In this document: piece after piece, positions 63,561 through 64,000 of the stretch
Numbering within the stretch: position 1 is the first letter of the stretch
How the letters are laid out: each line of letters starts with the position of its first letter
Origin: Felis catus
Taxonomy: Eukaryota
Assembly: GCF_018350175.1 (NCBI RefSeq)
Contig: NC_058383.1
Span: 23,376,001 to 23,440,000 of the forward strand
Length of the DNA stretch: 64,000 nucleotides
Direction of reading: 5' to 3'
The notes under the pieces: generated by a model
Seen by the model: only the letters and a program-made list of their open reading frames with translations
Told to the model about the DNA's origin: nothing
Databases searched by the model: none
Position numbers and translations under genes: made by a program

Positions 63561-64000
63561 CTGTTCAGTACAAATGTGAAAAACACAAAGTACAAGAGCA
63601 AGGCCATTGAAATGCCTACCACAGTGCCCAACACTCCATATATGAACGTTCACCAGACAGATGCACTGATCGTGATGCAACATAAAGCCTGGTAACTCTG
63701 AAAAATAATATCAACTCCCTAGTTATGTCCCAAAAGTCGAAATAATGGTAACAATGCAATGAAAAGGAAAATAAGCAGAGTCCAAAGTCGTCTGCCCTTT
63801 AGCCCATCACGCAGTTTCAATATTAGGCTCCACATACTGTCTATAGATAACACTAACCCACAATAGGAGCCTCACACAGCCAAATGAAACCATCAGACCT
63901 AATGAAGGCAAAGACCTCCTGACAACCAAGGCCTGACCTCATCCTCTCGCCATCTGCAAGATATCCTAGTTGCTGAAATGGGTGATGCCCACCCCCACAT

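Overview
Mammalian genomic DNA, almost certainly from a cat or other felid. It carries about 37 tRNA-derived Can-SINEs, several with the felid-type insert (ctgggctgatggctc-ggagcctggagcc), plus young carnivore/felid L1 3' ends. It also contains older eutherian repeats: L1M, L2, MIR, MLT1/MLT2, LTR16/LTR33, a MER21-like LTR, and hAT MITEs (MER33/Charlie5, MER58, MER5A, MER63, MER102). I found no recognisable protein-coding exon, RNA gene or CRISPR array. The listed ORFs are explained by SINEs, L1 ORF2 remnants, microsatellites or chance. The window reads as a repeat-rich intron or intergenic interval with several repeat-free blocks that may be regulatory. I see no evidence for a new biological system. 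The best-supported observations are nested insertions with readable target-site duplications (TSDs), a possible short L1 3' transduction, closely spaced inverted SINE pairs and local tandem duplications. More speculative are two exon-like segments (7865-7941, 8594-8714), a CpG-rich block near 44.6-45.3 kb and some CTCF-like motifs. Repeat subfamily names come from my recollection of consensus sequences, not from a RepeatMasker run, and boundaries of old elements are approximate.
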